Shown: positions 1 to 12,557, numbered from the stretch's first letter. The stretch: DNA of 64,000 nt from Octopus sinensis (GCF_006345805.1 NC_043006.1:26040001-26104000), one strand, 5' to 3'. Notes: generated by a model not told the origin, from the sequence alone. Numbers and translations are program-made.

Positions 1-349
1 TCAGCCAAGCGGCATCCCATTTGCCCAATGTAGAGAGAAAGGCAAAGAGAGCAGGCGATGCAGTAGATGACATTGCTACAAATGCAGGTGAAGGAGTTGG
101 TGATATGATAGGGTTATTGATGGGTGCTGGTGAGGAGGGTGGTGTTGGAGAGTAAGGGCAAGTGCAGCAGCGTGGGTGGGAGCAAGGGAACAAGCTGGGT
201 TGGTAGGTTGGGTTAGAGAAGAAGCTGTGGAACAAGAGGTCTCATAAGTTGTGGCTCGTTTGAAGGAGGGGAGGGGTATGCATACATACACAAAACATGC
301 ATAGATATGTTAGCAGAAAGCTCCAGGATGATAGTAACAATGATAATCA

Positions 350-1650
350 AAGTCATCTATCATGGACCAACAACTAGATTACTAACTCTCACTTTGAAGG
401 TTGTGTGTTTGCAACTCCAGAACAAAAAATATCAACCAAATACCTGATGCTCAAAAGGGACAAAGATGCAGGGGAAATGTCAAAATGTGATAAGCGATGC
501 AGACTTTGTGGTGTTGACACTGAAGACATCACCTACATCATCAGTAGTTGTTCAAAAATCTCATCAGTATTATATGAGACATGGTGCTGTAGCCAGGGCA
601 CTGCACTATGAGATCCTTCAGAATGAGTAACCCTAAGGCCAAAGGAATAAAAGCCCACAGTATGGTAGAGGCCATAACCACTCATGATAGGAATGATAGA
701 ATGTGTCAATAAAATGTAAACATAATAGACCTGATGAAACGATTTGGGACAAAGATGAGAAACTGTGTACAGTAGCAGAAATCAGCTACCCAGCAGATGT
801 GAATATACAGCTAAATGTCAGTGAAAAGGAAAATACCTTTGCTGAACTATTGAGAAATCTAGTTACTCTATCCAGATTACAAGTCCAGGTTTGTACCTGT
901 AATTATGGGGTTACTGGAATATGTAACACACTGACAAAGTACCACTCTTAAGAACTCAGGCTTCTCAAGACCTGAAAGGAGAAAGCTGATTCAAAGACTA
1001 CAGATCCAAGCAAGCACTGGAACCTCTAAAACTTTTCAGAAGTTTATCGTTTAAGTATATATGCACATGTCTAAACAGGCAACTATATGCATAAGAATAC
1101 ATAAAACAAAACATACAAATCTGCACATAGGCGCAGGAGTGGCTGTGTGGTAAGTAGCTTGTTTACCAACCACATGGTTCCGGGTTCAGTCCCACTGCGT
1201 GGCACTTTGGGCAAGTGTCTTCTACTAATAGCCTCGGGCCGACCAAAGCCTTGTGAGTGGATTTGGTAGACGGAAACTGAAAGAAGCCCGTCGTATATAT
1301 GTATATATATGTATATATGTGAGTTTGTATATCTGTGTTTGTCCCCCCAACTGATGCTGGTGTGTTTATGTCCCTGTAACTTAGCGGTTCAGCAAAGAGA
1401 CCGATAGAATAAGTACTGGGCTTACAAAGAATAAGTCCCGGGGTCGAGTTGCTCGATTAAAGGCGGTGCTCCAGTATGGCCACAGTCAAATGACTGAAAC
1501 AAGTAAAAGAGTAAAGAGTATATACACACATACATGAAAAAATACCCTGATGATGTTGAAATTTCAATGAAGGAGCCTTGGGTCTAGGTTAGAAACTGGT
1601 TCTTTCTCTATTGGCAAGAAATTTTTAAATAAGACTTAATACATACATAC
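350..1650 (+). mobile_element. R4/Dong-like (RLE-type) non-LTR retrotransposon 3' fragment, degenerate, interrupted by a SINE
   Basis: Broken frames encode FEG.VFA..EQKISTKYL, a CCHC-type finger CRLC...EDITYIISSC, and an RLE-like HNRPD...AEISYPADVN...EKEN. The 3'UTR appears to resume after the SINE and end in (TACA)n near 1650. Confidence 0.75.
1130..1518 (+). mobile_element. tRNA-derived SINE family A (CORE-like head, central TA/TG microsatellite, conserved 3' half)
   Basis: Head GCGCAGGAGTGGCTGTGTGGTAAG...GGTTCAGTCCC with A/B-box-like motifs, CORE-like TTGGGCAAGTGTCTTCTACT, and tail GACTGAAACAAGTAAAAGAG. Many copies in the window. Confidence 0.9.
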
Positions 1651-2803
1651 AATAAGTCAAATATTACACACAGCCTTGTTTCTGTAATTTATTCAAACAA
1701 AAACTGAGTAATTGCCTCATTTCTGACATTGTCTCTTTGCTTTTCAATGCACTTCTTCCAGTGGTCCACAAGCTTACTTATTCCACCGAAGAAGGTTTTT
1801 GGCTGGCCACACAGCCATTTATGCACTTCTTCATCTATAACAAATTGACAACCTCGCAAAAGAGGTTTGAGCAGATCAAAGAGGTGATAGTCACAAGGGA
1901 TGAGATATGGACTGCATGCAGGGCACAGGGTGCATTATTGTGCAACATTTGCTTTGACAATAGACCTTGGCATTTGGTGTGAATTGCTGGTTTCAGTTTG
2001 ATGACCAGCCTTTCGCTATAGCTGACAGTGACCGTAGGCCCCATTTCCAGGTAATGTTCCAGTATAGGCACTTTTGCATCCCCAAAACGGTTAGTGCCAC
2101 TTATTCTGCAGAAGGTTGGGTCTTTAATTTCTTTTATATGCTGGCAATTCTGGGTGTTTCCACACCATACTCTGCTTTTTGGATTTTTACTCAGAGTAGT
2201 GAATCCAGATCTAATTGCTAGTGTCTATTCTCTTAAACTTCATCAGTATAGCAGTTGAATAAGTGTTGACAGATCTCCATACAATTGTACGTATGGGCTT
2301 CTGTAAACTTTCTAGGTACACATCTTGCAAGATCTTCACAAAAAGAAAGCTTGTTGTGGATGGGTTTTCTATGCAGAACCATGACTAATTTGCAGAGAAT
2401 ATGCCACATCATAGTCACTTGTTGGTTTGCCAAAACTATCTCTCCAGTTTTCACATCGGTGGTGGAAGTTGATGGGCATCTTGCACCCCCACCCCTCTTC
2501 GTGCTTGTTTGGCCACTTCTAAACTTCTTGATCCATACACATTTCTATGTAGTAGAGCACTATTCTCATATTGCTCTGAAAACCTGCAGTGAATTTCAGT
2601 CACTGATGCACCTTCAAACCAGAGAAACTGGATCAGTGGCTATGTTTACTTCGTAACATCAGAAAACTGGAGCAATCAAAGGTCAAACCTGGGTAATGTA
2701 ATCAAAAGAGTACCATCTTTTTGCACATGAGTGTTGAAGGCAGTGTGGCTAGCTTAAAGAAAGTTTTTGTGAAAGAGCAGATAATTTTTTACTTACCTTT
2801 GTA
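1648..2803 (-). mobile_element. Degenerate mariner transposon
   Basis: Minus-strand remnants CARCVPR(K), LKPAIHTK.QGLLSK, HNNAP, and C-terminal VHKWL...PKTFFGGISKLVDHWKKCIEKQ. Diverged TIR-like ends TAC..TAAGTCAAATATTA and TAATTTTTTACTTACCTTTGTA. Confidence 0.75.
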
Positions 2804-4869
2804 TTTATACATATGCCATTTTTTCCCCTCAGAATTAAACTAAAACATTTTTTTAAAAAATATGACTTTTCCATGCTGTCTTCTTTTAGTGTCTGTTGCT
2901 TTCCTGATGACAAACAGACAGACACACACACAGACTCTAAGCACATATTGCATATTCATTATGTTAATACTTTCATGTTTTCAAAACACAAACGAAATGT
3001 TTACTGCAGAGTGAATATGAACTTTTATTTTTAAAAGAATGGATATTGTAGAAAAATAATCATTTAGCATTATGATATATAACAACAGTAGTAACATTTC
3101 TGACCACTGCTGTATCACTTACCTGTATAGTAAACACTATTTCGTCTCAGTACTTGAATTAAACTACCATGTTTTTACATATTCACATTTTCTTAATATA
3201 ATTCTCCACATTTACCAATTGACCCATGAGTGATTCAATGACACCCCCCCCACATTGCCACTCAATCATAAATGACCCCCACATTGCCACTCCATCCTGA
3301 AATCATAGCCTTAGAGAGAAGGAAGGCAGCATTGGAAAATATATCTTTTCCTAGAATCCTATAATTAATGGGAAAGAAAAGAGTACAGAACTCAGAAACA
3401 ATATTAAAAAAAATTTCCATGTTTGGATAAAAATGTTTTCTGAATTGTAATTCCTGTTCTATAGGACACAAGGATACTAAAAAAATGAAGAAAAAAATTG
3501 CTTTTCATTTACCTTGATGTATGAGACTTCAAGGCTCTGCTATTAGAAAACTCCACCTAGTATGTTTAGAAACAAAAAGTACTTTATGGTAACACTTGGA
3601 ATGATGCTGATAAATGAATAATTTATTTCTTTATTGGATTTTTTTGTTTTGATGTCCTAATATTTATATTTTCATTTCAATCACATGCTAAGAGATATAT
3701 TATATTAGGGGGAGCACTCCGTCAGTTATGATGCTGAGGGTCCCAAGTGATACAATCAACAAAACAGCTTGCTAGTGAAATTAACGTGCAAGTGGCTGAG
3801 CACTCCACAGACACGTGTACATTTAATGTAGTTCTCAGGGAGATTCAGCGTGACACAGAGTGGCCCTTTGAAATACAGGTACTATTCACTTTTGCCAGCT
3901 GAGTGGACTGGAGCAAGAGGAAATAAAGTGTCTTGTTCTATCTAGGAATTGAACTCATGACCTTATGATTGTGAGCCGAATGCCCTAACCACTAAGCCAC
4001 ATTACATTATTTTACCAACTAATGCACAAATATGTTTTCAAAGGTGCACATTTTTTTTTACATTATTTTTAATTAAGAAACACACACACACACACAAAAA
4101 AAAATCAATACCTTTTTAACAGTTCATTAACTTGCTTGTGCTCATTGATTTTATGTCTACCCACCCCCCCACTACAATTTTTATCAAAAGAATTTTGAAT
4201 ATCTTGCAATGTGTTCTGTTTCTTTTATTTCCTGTTGTTATACTGTGCAACAATTGTTAGTTATTGAATAGTTAAAAAGAAAAAGTTTTTTCTTATTGAG
4301 TCACATAATTTGTGAGGTCAACAAAATAATGAAATTATTCAACTTGATAGGACTGTCTCTGCTTTTTTTTTTTATTCCCACATAATGTTTGTTATATTCA
4401 ATTTTTACTTTTTGTAAAATAGACTTTACACACAAATCAGATGTAGGCAGCTATGTCTGAATGGTTGGTAGTAAATGCTGAACAATAAAGTAACAGAAGG
4501 GTGATTAGATCAGAGAAGAAATTGAAAAACCAAACCAAATGCTTGCATATGAACCTCAATGAAAACAAAAGGAACCTGATTCTGCCAGGATTTCTCAAGC
4601 ACAAGAATCAACTTTTAGCAGAGACTCTAGATTAAAGATACAGGAGACTGAGTCAGTTTTCTCACTGCTGAATATTTTCATAAGCATATCTGAACTGTGT
4701 TTCATAAGCAAATGCAAAAATCTCACCGACAAGCTAAGTCATTTCTACCATCACAGAGAGGTGTTATTGCAACCATCATTTAACCATTTCAATACAACTA
4801 ATACTCAGCTGTTTCACTAAAACAGCTAAGCGTTAGCTGTTTATACACTGAGTGTATAAAAACGAAGCC

Positions 4870-5345
4870 ATAACAACCACCATCACTGGTTTGCTTCACT
4901 AGAATCACCAAAACGTTTTATTAGTAGAATCACTATTAAGCTATTTCGTTATAACCACCACTGAATTGCCACAAATATTTCTAAAATCTCTTTACGATAA
5001 ACAATGTTTCATTACAACTACAGTTTGTTTGTGCCATTACAATCATCACTAAGCAACACTGAGTTATGTCATGACAACCAACACCAAGTTCTCATTTCAG
5101 CTATCTGCACTGTCTCATAAACAATCAACATTGATCTGTATCATTAAAAACTACTGAGTCATGCCATTAAAAATCATTTCTTAACCATTTCGATACATCT
5201 ATCATCATGCTGAGCATCACTACTTAAACCACTGATCTATGTCATTAAAACTATGGTTTGGGTGCATTATTACATCTCCAACTAATTGTGTCATAATAGC
5301 ATTTGCTGACACTGAAACCACCACAGACTTTTTGTTACAACCAAT
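4870..5345. repeat. Degenerate minisatellite-like tract (recurring accactga...tgtcatta.aac)
   Basis: Imperfect recurrences of CACTGA and GTCATTA motifs seen by eye. Period not determined. Confidence 0.4.
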
Positions 5346-5400
5346 AGTTTCACATTTCCCTGTTTTATAACATGCAATTTTTCATAGAAATGTTTAACAT

Positions 5401-5770
5401 TTACTCTTTTACTTGTTTCAGTCATTTGACTGTGGCCATGCTGGAGCACCGCCTTTAATCGAGCAACTCGACCCCGGGACTTATTCTTTTGTAAGCCCAG
5501 TACTTATTCTATCAGTCTCTTTTGCCGAACCACTAAGTAACGGGGACATAAACACACCAGCATTGGTTGTCAAGCAATGCCAGGGGGACAAACACAGACA
5601 CACACATATATACAACGGACTTCTTTCAGTTTCCGTCTACCAAATCCACTCACAAGGCTTTGGTTGGCGCGAGGCTATAGTAGAAAACACTTGCCCAAGG
5701 TGCCACGCAGTGGGACTGAACCCGGAACAATGTGGTTGGTAAACAAGCTACTTACCACACAGCCACTCCT
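5401..5770 (-). mobile_element. SINE family A, near full length
   Basis: Reverse complement of the 1130-1518 element. Confidence 0.9.
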
Positions 5771-6369
5771 ATTAAATGTTTTAAGGTTACTTCCCTATTT
5801 ATTTCATTTTTTCTTATTAATGTTTAATAAAAGTTATAAGGTCTCTGTTTCCTGTTATTCATATTTCATTATTTTAACAAGTTTTGATCTTTTATAAGTC
5901 ATTTAAAGACAATGGACAATGCTATCTGATATAAAAAGATGAGATTATAGATATTACACAGACCAATAGAAAACTGTCCAGAGGGTGTTTTTTTTTTGTT
6001 TTTTTTCCTGCCAGGAACAATAACAGCTTGTAACTTTTGTGGTTTTGGAATGACGTGTATAAAATTGATCCCACATTTTATTAACCAAGGAAAGATGAAA
6101 AAGCAAAGTCAACCACAGCACAAGTTGAATTCAGAATTTAAACAGATGCAGCCAAAGAGCACAAAGAATTTCGTCCAGCCTTCTTCATGAATGAATTCTA
6201 TTATAACTTCAAATTCACAAAATAGTGTGCAGCCAATTAAGTTGACCCCATTCACTATTTGACTAAAAGTTTAAAATTTTATCAGCTAGTAGAAAGGGAG
6301 GCTAAGTAAGCCATAGTAGGATTCAGAACCAGATTGTACAAGGAACTAATGAAATTTTGCAAGTCATTT

Positions 6370-6590
6370 TGTTAAATGGTCTATTGACTGGGCAGTCCAT
6401 CATCCACACAAGTATAACTGTTTCTAATATAGGTACAAGGTCTGAAATTAGAGAGAAGGGGTTAGTCAATACCATTAAACTCAGTACTTGACTGGTATTT
6501 ATTTTATCAACCCTGGAAAGATGAGAAGCAAAATTGACAGCAGTGATATTTGAACTCAGAATGTAAAGGTCCATAACTAAATACTGTGTA
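6370..6590 (-). mobile_element. SINE family C, diverged
   Basis: Reverse complement similar to 30595-30790 (GAGTTCAAAT...TTTCATC...GATAAAATAAATACCAG). Confidence 0.6.
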
Positions 6591-9303
6591 ACAATTTGTC
6601 TGATGCTCTAATAATTCTGCCAATTAGCAGAGACAGAAAGCTATATTTTAAAAACTTAACTTAAAAGATTCAAGAAACACAAAAGTCAAAATAGTTATCA
6701 CTCCATTGCAATGTTTATTATATTTGAAATTTAAAAAATGCATAAATTTCTGACTATGATGCCATTTCATACTTTTAGGACTGGTTAAATATAAAGCCTC
6801 AAAAAATCATTTTAAGTTATGGTTTAAAAAGAAGAAAAAGGTAAGAGAGACAGAGGGGAAGAAAAAGAGATGGATAGATGGATGGACAATGAAAAGAGAG
6901 AGAAAATAGAGTCAAATTAGTCATGAGCAAAGAGCTAAGGTGAAGAAAAGCTGAGTGAAAGGCATTTACACAAATATATGGAAATAGGTAGGCAAAGAAT
7001 AGCCAAGCTTCCAAGGTTATATTGAGACAAAAATAATTATGACAAAAAAAAAATAAATATTCTGTTTTTAAAAGGGTTAAAGAATAGTGACTGAGAACGC
7101 AGTAAACTAATGTCAAAATTAAAAGCAGTTCGTCTCGTTCAAGCTTTGATATCATTTTTAAAACAAAAGTAAATAAAAAGTATTAAGTACACATGCACAC
7201 CAAAAACTGACTAGTCATTATTCTGCACAATAAGTCCTTTTCCCACTCTCAACTACATAATCTGATCAGACAATTATTGCTTCCCCTTGACCAGTATTCT
7301 GACTGATAATTGATAATTGTTCAAGACTATGTTGAAACCTGCTTACAATAATAATGATTGAACACAAAATGGTATTAGGATCATGTCTGACATTAACTAT
7401 CCGAATTAAGAGAGAGAGTGTGTGTGTGTGTACACTCATGCATATGCGGACAATGTATTTGGCATGTTTTATCATCTGTATGAAATTCTATTTTGCTATA
7501 TAGACACAAAATGAAATTCTGTTCGCCTGAAAAGCAAATAGCTGAATGTCTCAAGACTTTAAAAACAAAAAAAGTTCTGATAAGGCTATAGAAAAAAATA
7601 TTAAAAAATAAGACTATACCAAGAAATTTTTACTAAAAGTTCATTTATTGTGGCTGAGTTATTTTTAGTAAGACTGGATAAGTAATGCTAAATGAGCAAT
7701 TAAGTAAACCTTAATATACATAGAATTAAAAAAAATTTTGCAGTCTATGCTTAGTTTATGTACAGCTTCAGGATTTCAATAGAATCACAACACAAACACA
7801 CTTAAACTTTTTCCATAAACAATGGGCTGCAAGTACTCACATGAAGATTTTGGACTGATAACTAGCAATTAGTAAATAAATAAATGTGTATGTTGAGTGA
7901 AAGTATGGTAAAAAAAAAAGTGTATAGAAAGTTTTAAAAGACAAATAGAAATATTGTAAAAGACAGCTAATAGAATTGATGTAATGATAGAATCATCCCT
8001 CCATCACCTCATAGTAATATACAAGATATGCATTCACAGATTTCAGATAGTGTTTTTTTTTTTAAAAGAAGATTTTGTGGAAAACAAGGAATGTAAACAA
8101 AAATTTCGTATAGGATATGGTCCATATGAAAACATCCAACTTCATTTAAATGTTAAACAAGTAAATGCTGCAATGAAAATCTACAAAATGAGGGATTTTT
8201 AAACATTTTTATTAAGGACATTGAGATGAAGGCAGAAATTTCTCAGTCAAATTAATTCTCTTTTATCATACTTTATTTTGTTAAGTTGATTTAATTTGCA
8301 CTTTAATATATCTTGCATATCAAATGGCCAGTCAACTTGTATGATGGCAATTGTTTCACTTATTTTCAAAATTCTTTCTCACATAATTATTTATATTATC
8401 ACTTTGAGCTTCTACAACCACAATTATTAGAAACAAGAAAAAAAAATACATCTTTTTAGATCTTAGAGATGGTTAGCAAACATCACAAAACATCATCAAA
8501 TAGCATAAATTTCAATGTGTTCTTTTATTCTATAATTTACTCAAAAGGAAAACAAATCAAGTATATGATATTTTGCCATCAACTCACTGAATGGACTTGG
8601 AAGAGATGCAAACACTGAGTAGCAATTTCCAATACTCCAGAAGAATTTCAAATGCTAGCAGCAAAATGTATCACTATCATTCAATGTTAAATAGTGTCTC
8701 ATCACAGAACTGGCCAAGTTATTTATTATTTCAACAACAATATATTAAATCAGGTGCTATTGAAAACATTTTTACTTATCAAATGACTAAGGTTGTGGAA
8801 GGAGGGAATTTACTCTTACTGAAGAAGAAATGTTTAACAAATGAATGTCTGGTCTGAAATCAAAAGCTATTGAGGTACAACAAATTTGAAATTGATGAGC
8901 TTCAAAATAACAGAATTTAAGCCACTTTTCCCTCTAAGTTACAGGTAATTAACAGAACTTCTCTCCACAACTGTTATGAGTAAGAGTTCCCCACTCCTCA
9001 CAGCATCTTCAGTGTCAATAATACCATCCTATTACCTGCCCCTAACAGAGATAGTATAATTTCACACAAACACACACTGCTAGAATCGAAATTTCTGCAG
9101 GAACTGATTCTTTTCTCCACTTTTCATTTCTTCATTATTAGTTGCCTGGTTTGAACCTTATAATTATTGGTTACATAGTTATTGCAGCCACTTCATTATT
9201 CATATAAATCAATGGCTTCATCTTCCAACACAACAGGAAGTTTTAAATTTTATTTAAAAAAGAAAGGAATGTCAGATTCAGCAGTGAGTGTGCTTAGTGT
9301 TCC

Positions 9304-9306
<3 letters not shown>

Positions 9307-9343
<37 letters not shown>
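9307..9343. repeat. (GA)n microsatellite in the probable Ral 3'UTR
   Basis: Direct reading of the sequence. Confidence 0.95.
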
Positions 9344-9346
<3 letters not shown>

Positions 9347-9754
9347 TTAAGTCTCTATGTTGCATAAAAAAGTTTGTTTTTTTGCATTTCTGCAAACATA
9401 AGCTGCAAAAGAAAAGCTTTAATCTCCTCCTGAGAAAAATGGAAGAAATTGTATTAAGTATTCAGAGTCTGTCACACTGATACAGTCTGTCACATTGATG
9501 TGTAAGTTTAGCAAATTTATACTGACAGATGCAAAGTGCATGCATCAATGCACACAAGCAAGCAAAGATACATACACGCACACACACTTCCTTGCACATG
9601 CACAAGGGAACAGTTGAGATGAGGAGGTGATAGCCTAGGTTAATGGTAGTTGATGAACCAAAAGAGTGGGTGGACCAACGAGATGGAAGGAAAGGAGGAT
9701 AAGCAAGGAAAAGGACCAGAAATATAGTCAGTGATCAACTGCTCTTGCTCACAG

Positions 9755-9868
9755 TTAAAGAATTATACACTTCTTCTTGCGTCGGTCTCCATTGTGCTTC
9801 TTGCCATTATTTTGTCGACTGGCAGCCATTTTCCGAGAACTGATTTCTCTCATCAAATCATAAAATAC
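9755..9868 (-). CDS. Ral: Ral distal terminal exon (VFYDLMREISSRKMAASRQNNGKKHNGDRRKKKCIIL*), 201-aa isoform
   Basis: Acceptor ttttgcttgtag|GTA in phase 0. VFYDLMREI matches the canonical Ral VFFDLMREI. Ends in polybasic RRKKK plus CaaX CIIL and TAA. Confidence 0.97.
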   Translation of the reverse strand, partial: VFYDLMREISSRKMAASRQNNGKKHNGDRRKKKCIIL

Positions 9869-12127
9869 CTACAAGCAAAAGTGAAGGAGAATTGATTGGG
9901 AAAAGCAACAAAAAAAGGGAGCAAATGAATTCGGGTCAAGTTAAAAAAGGGAGAAAATGAGAAAACAAGGGCTCAAGAGCAACAATCTGAAAATTTGTTA
10001 ATTCTTATATTTTACTATGTTTTTATAGCTATTTTTAACTTTTGCTTTCCATCCAATAGTTGGACATTGCTATTTATAGAATTACAAGAAAAAATTAGTG
10101 GATTATTTACCAACCATAATAGTTGTGAAGTAAAGCTACTTATTTTCAAACAGACTACCCAAGATTTGGCTGATTGAGATATTAGTGGTAGCAGGGTCCA
10201 GCTATAACTATATCCACATAACCAGAATATCAGAAATGATTTTCTTTATTGACATGGCATAAAAGTTTAGTTATTGCCCCACCAAAAATAAGTACACTTG
10301 TGAAAGTGTCTTCAGCAAGTCAAAAATCAAAAAAGAAATTTCAAAGGAAGGATACAAAGTGATTACTACCACCTTCAACAGAACTTTGGGATAACTGGAG
10401 TCAGCACTATAAAGCTAATAAAATAATTGTAGTGTGTCTATTTCTTACAACTTCTAGTATTTATGTACCTCTGAATAAACTGAACATGTATTATGTGTTT
10501 TGGCAAACACATATTGCAATCTGGAATGGGGCTCTGAACCTCCATATACACAGACACTGTATCTTGTCAGTAGTGTAACCCTATTGATTTGTCAGCTGGA
10601 GTTGTACCATCATTAATATTCTGCTGTAATTAAATTGACATCATCAACAACTTCCAACAATATTCAGCAGAGCTCTCTGTGTGACATTTGTGACAGATTT
10701 AAATTAGAGGATTGGCTGGTTTTTATAAAGCCAAAAGTGCTCTCCAATTCCACATTCCAGAATCAAAAGAGAAGGATTATAATTTAACAAGGTTAAGCAA
10801 GATTTCAGTCAAGGTAAGTAATGTACTAAAGAACTCATCTATTATCCAGGCAGAGTAATGCAACAGAGAGAAAGAGAGAGAGTTTCACCATGTTTGCATT
10901 GTGTGCTTTTCTATGCTTGCAGGAGCCAAACAGAAGTTTCTGAATTGGATTTTCTACAACTAGATGCTCTTCTCGCTGCCAATCCGTACTTGTTTCCAAG
11001 CAAGTTAATACTCCCTAAAGGAAGACTAGAAATGAGCAATATCACTAGAAGACACTTACCCAAGTTTCCACACAGTGAGACTGAACCCAAGTCCACATGG
11101 TTGGGAAGCAGGCTTCTTAACTGCATAGCTATGCTTGCTAGAGTCAAGTTCACTGGGAAGGAAAAAATGGTGTTAAATAGTTAACAGCCAATTGAAACCT
11201 GCTTATGGACCTGGTATATACTCTTAGAGCTATGTATTCATTAATTAGACATTTCGTTATAGTCGTACACTCCCAAATCAAAAGTATGGAAGTTTTAACC
11301 AAAAAACCTCATATTTATAGAAATGTAGATATGAGATTGCACAATGCTCATTTCTTTTTCAAAAGTATGAGTATTGAATGAGCTATCAACAATCAAAACT
11401 AAGAAATACAAGCAGCTTGCCAAATTTTGAAGCAATTCTACTCTGAAAGAAGAGAAATTTAATGTTGACATTAAATTAGATCAAAAGTCTACTATATGTG
11501 TAGAGACATTGGCTTAAAATCCAGGAAACTAAAATATTGGACTCTTTTTTTTTTTGGTTGAGAGGTTAAATTGCTAACAATAAATTTTTTAATGGCAAAA
11601 TATACCAATTTTTGAAAAATTCTAAAAATGTGCCAGTTTTCTTTTTGTGTGTGTGAGTGTATGTGTGCATGCACGAGGACATGCATTGGCAGTACATTGA
11701 ACAAAATGTGTAGCCCTGTTTTTCATGGATATACATTTTGAATCTTTTGTTTCTAATGGGGATAAATTTTCATATTTTAGTGGTGGAGGATGTTTTCCTA
11801 TGTAATTTTGTAAAGAAAAGTATCAAAGTCAATTATTTTAACTTAAGTACATTATATACACATTTTTTTTCAGCCCAAAGAATACTGAGTTTTAAGTGAT
11901 TTTTGATAGAATTTTAGCTTGGAAACAAGTTAGGGGAACTAAATACTGAAATGTATTTAGCCCATGCTGTATCTTACATTACAAAATTTAACACTGAAAC
12001 TAATAACAAAAAATGGTTCACCAAAAATAATTCAAATTGTAAGAGTAAGAGCATAAGGGGTGGAAGATAAAAACTGAGATGAATTAAAGCAAAATAAATT
12101 AAGGAAAGAAAAACAAGGAAAAGGGAA

Positions 12128-12133
12128 TTTATT
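12128..12133 (-). terminator. Candidate polyadenylation signal for the proximal Ral terminal exon
   Basis: tttatt on + reads AATAAA on -. It is followed on - by a U/GU-rich tract (ccttttccttgtttttctttcc, about 12125-12100). Confidence 0.55.
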
Positions 12134-12199
12134 AGATATTTTGAACATTTTTTAAGAATTACTTGGAGGACTTAAGAAGGCTAAAGCTAGCTACCAAAA

Positions 12200-12340
12200 T
12201 CACAGAATAGTACATTTCTTTTTATGTTTGGTGCCCTTTCTGTGGCTTGAATTTCCCACAGAAATATTGGCATGTTGGGTCTGAGAAGAGCCAACAGACC
12301 GTTTCCATTTCTGGCTTAATGATAAAAGATTATAAAACAC
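12200..12340 (-). CDS. Ral: Ral alternative proximal terminal exon (VFYNLLSLSQKWKRSVGSSQTQHANISVGNSSHRKGTKHKKKCTIL*), 210-aa isoform
   Basis: Acceptor ttctttttctttttccag|GTG in phase 0. 47 open codons ending in polybasic KHKKK plus CaaX CTIL and TGA. Starts with VFY like the distal exon. AATAAA lies 67 nt after the stop. Confidence 0.85.
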   Translation of the reverse strand: MFYNLLSLSQKWKRSVGSSQTQHANISVGNSSHRKGTKHKKKCTIL

Positions 12341-12519
12341 CTGGAAAAAGAAAAAGAATAATTCACGTAATAGTGCATTAATGATTTGGCTAAAAAGACA
12401 ATGTTAAAACAATGGTAATGGTTTACTACATAAATTATGCAACAGCCTCAAACTTATATTCCCATAATTATACATTAGGACTTAAAAGACATTATAATTT
12501 TCAAAGAAACAAATAACAC

Positions 12520-12557
<38 letters not shown>

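Noticed and set aside
8930-9030. Short open minus-strand frame DGIIDTEDAVRSGELL... considered as a third Ral terminal exon
   Set aside because: It lacks the VF start, polybasic tract and CaaX, and lies in the probable 3'UTR.
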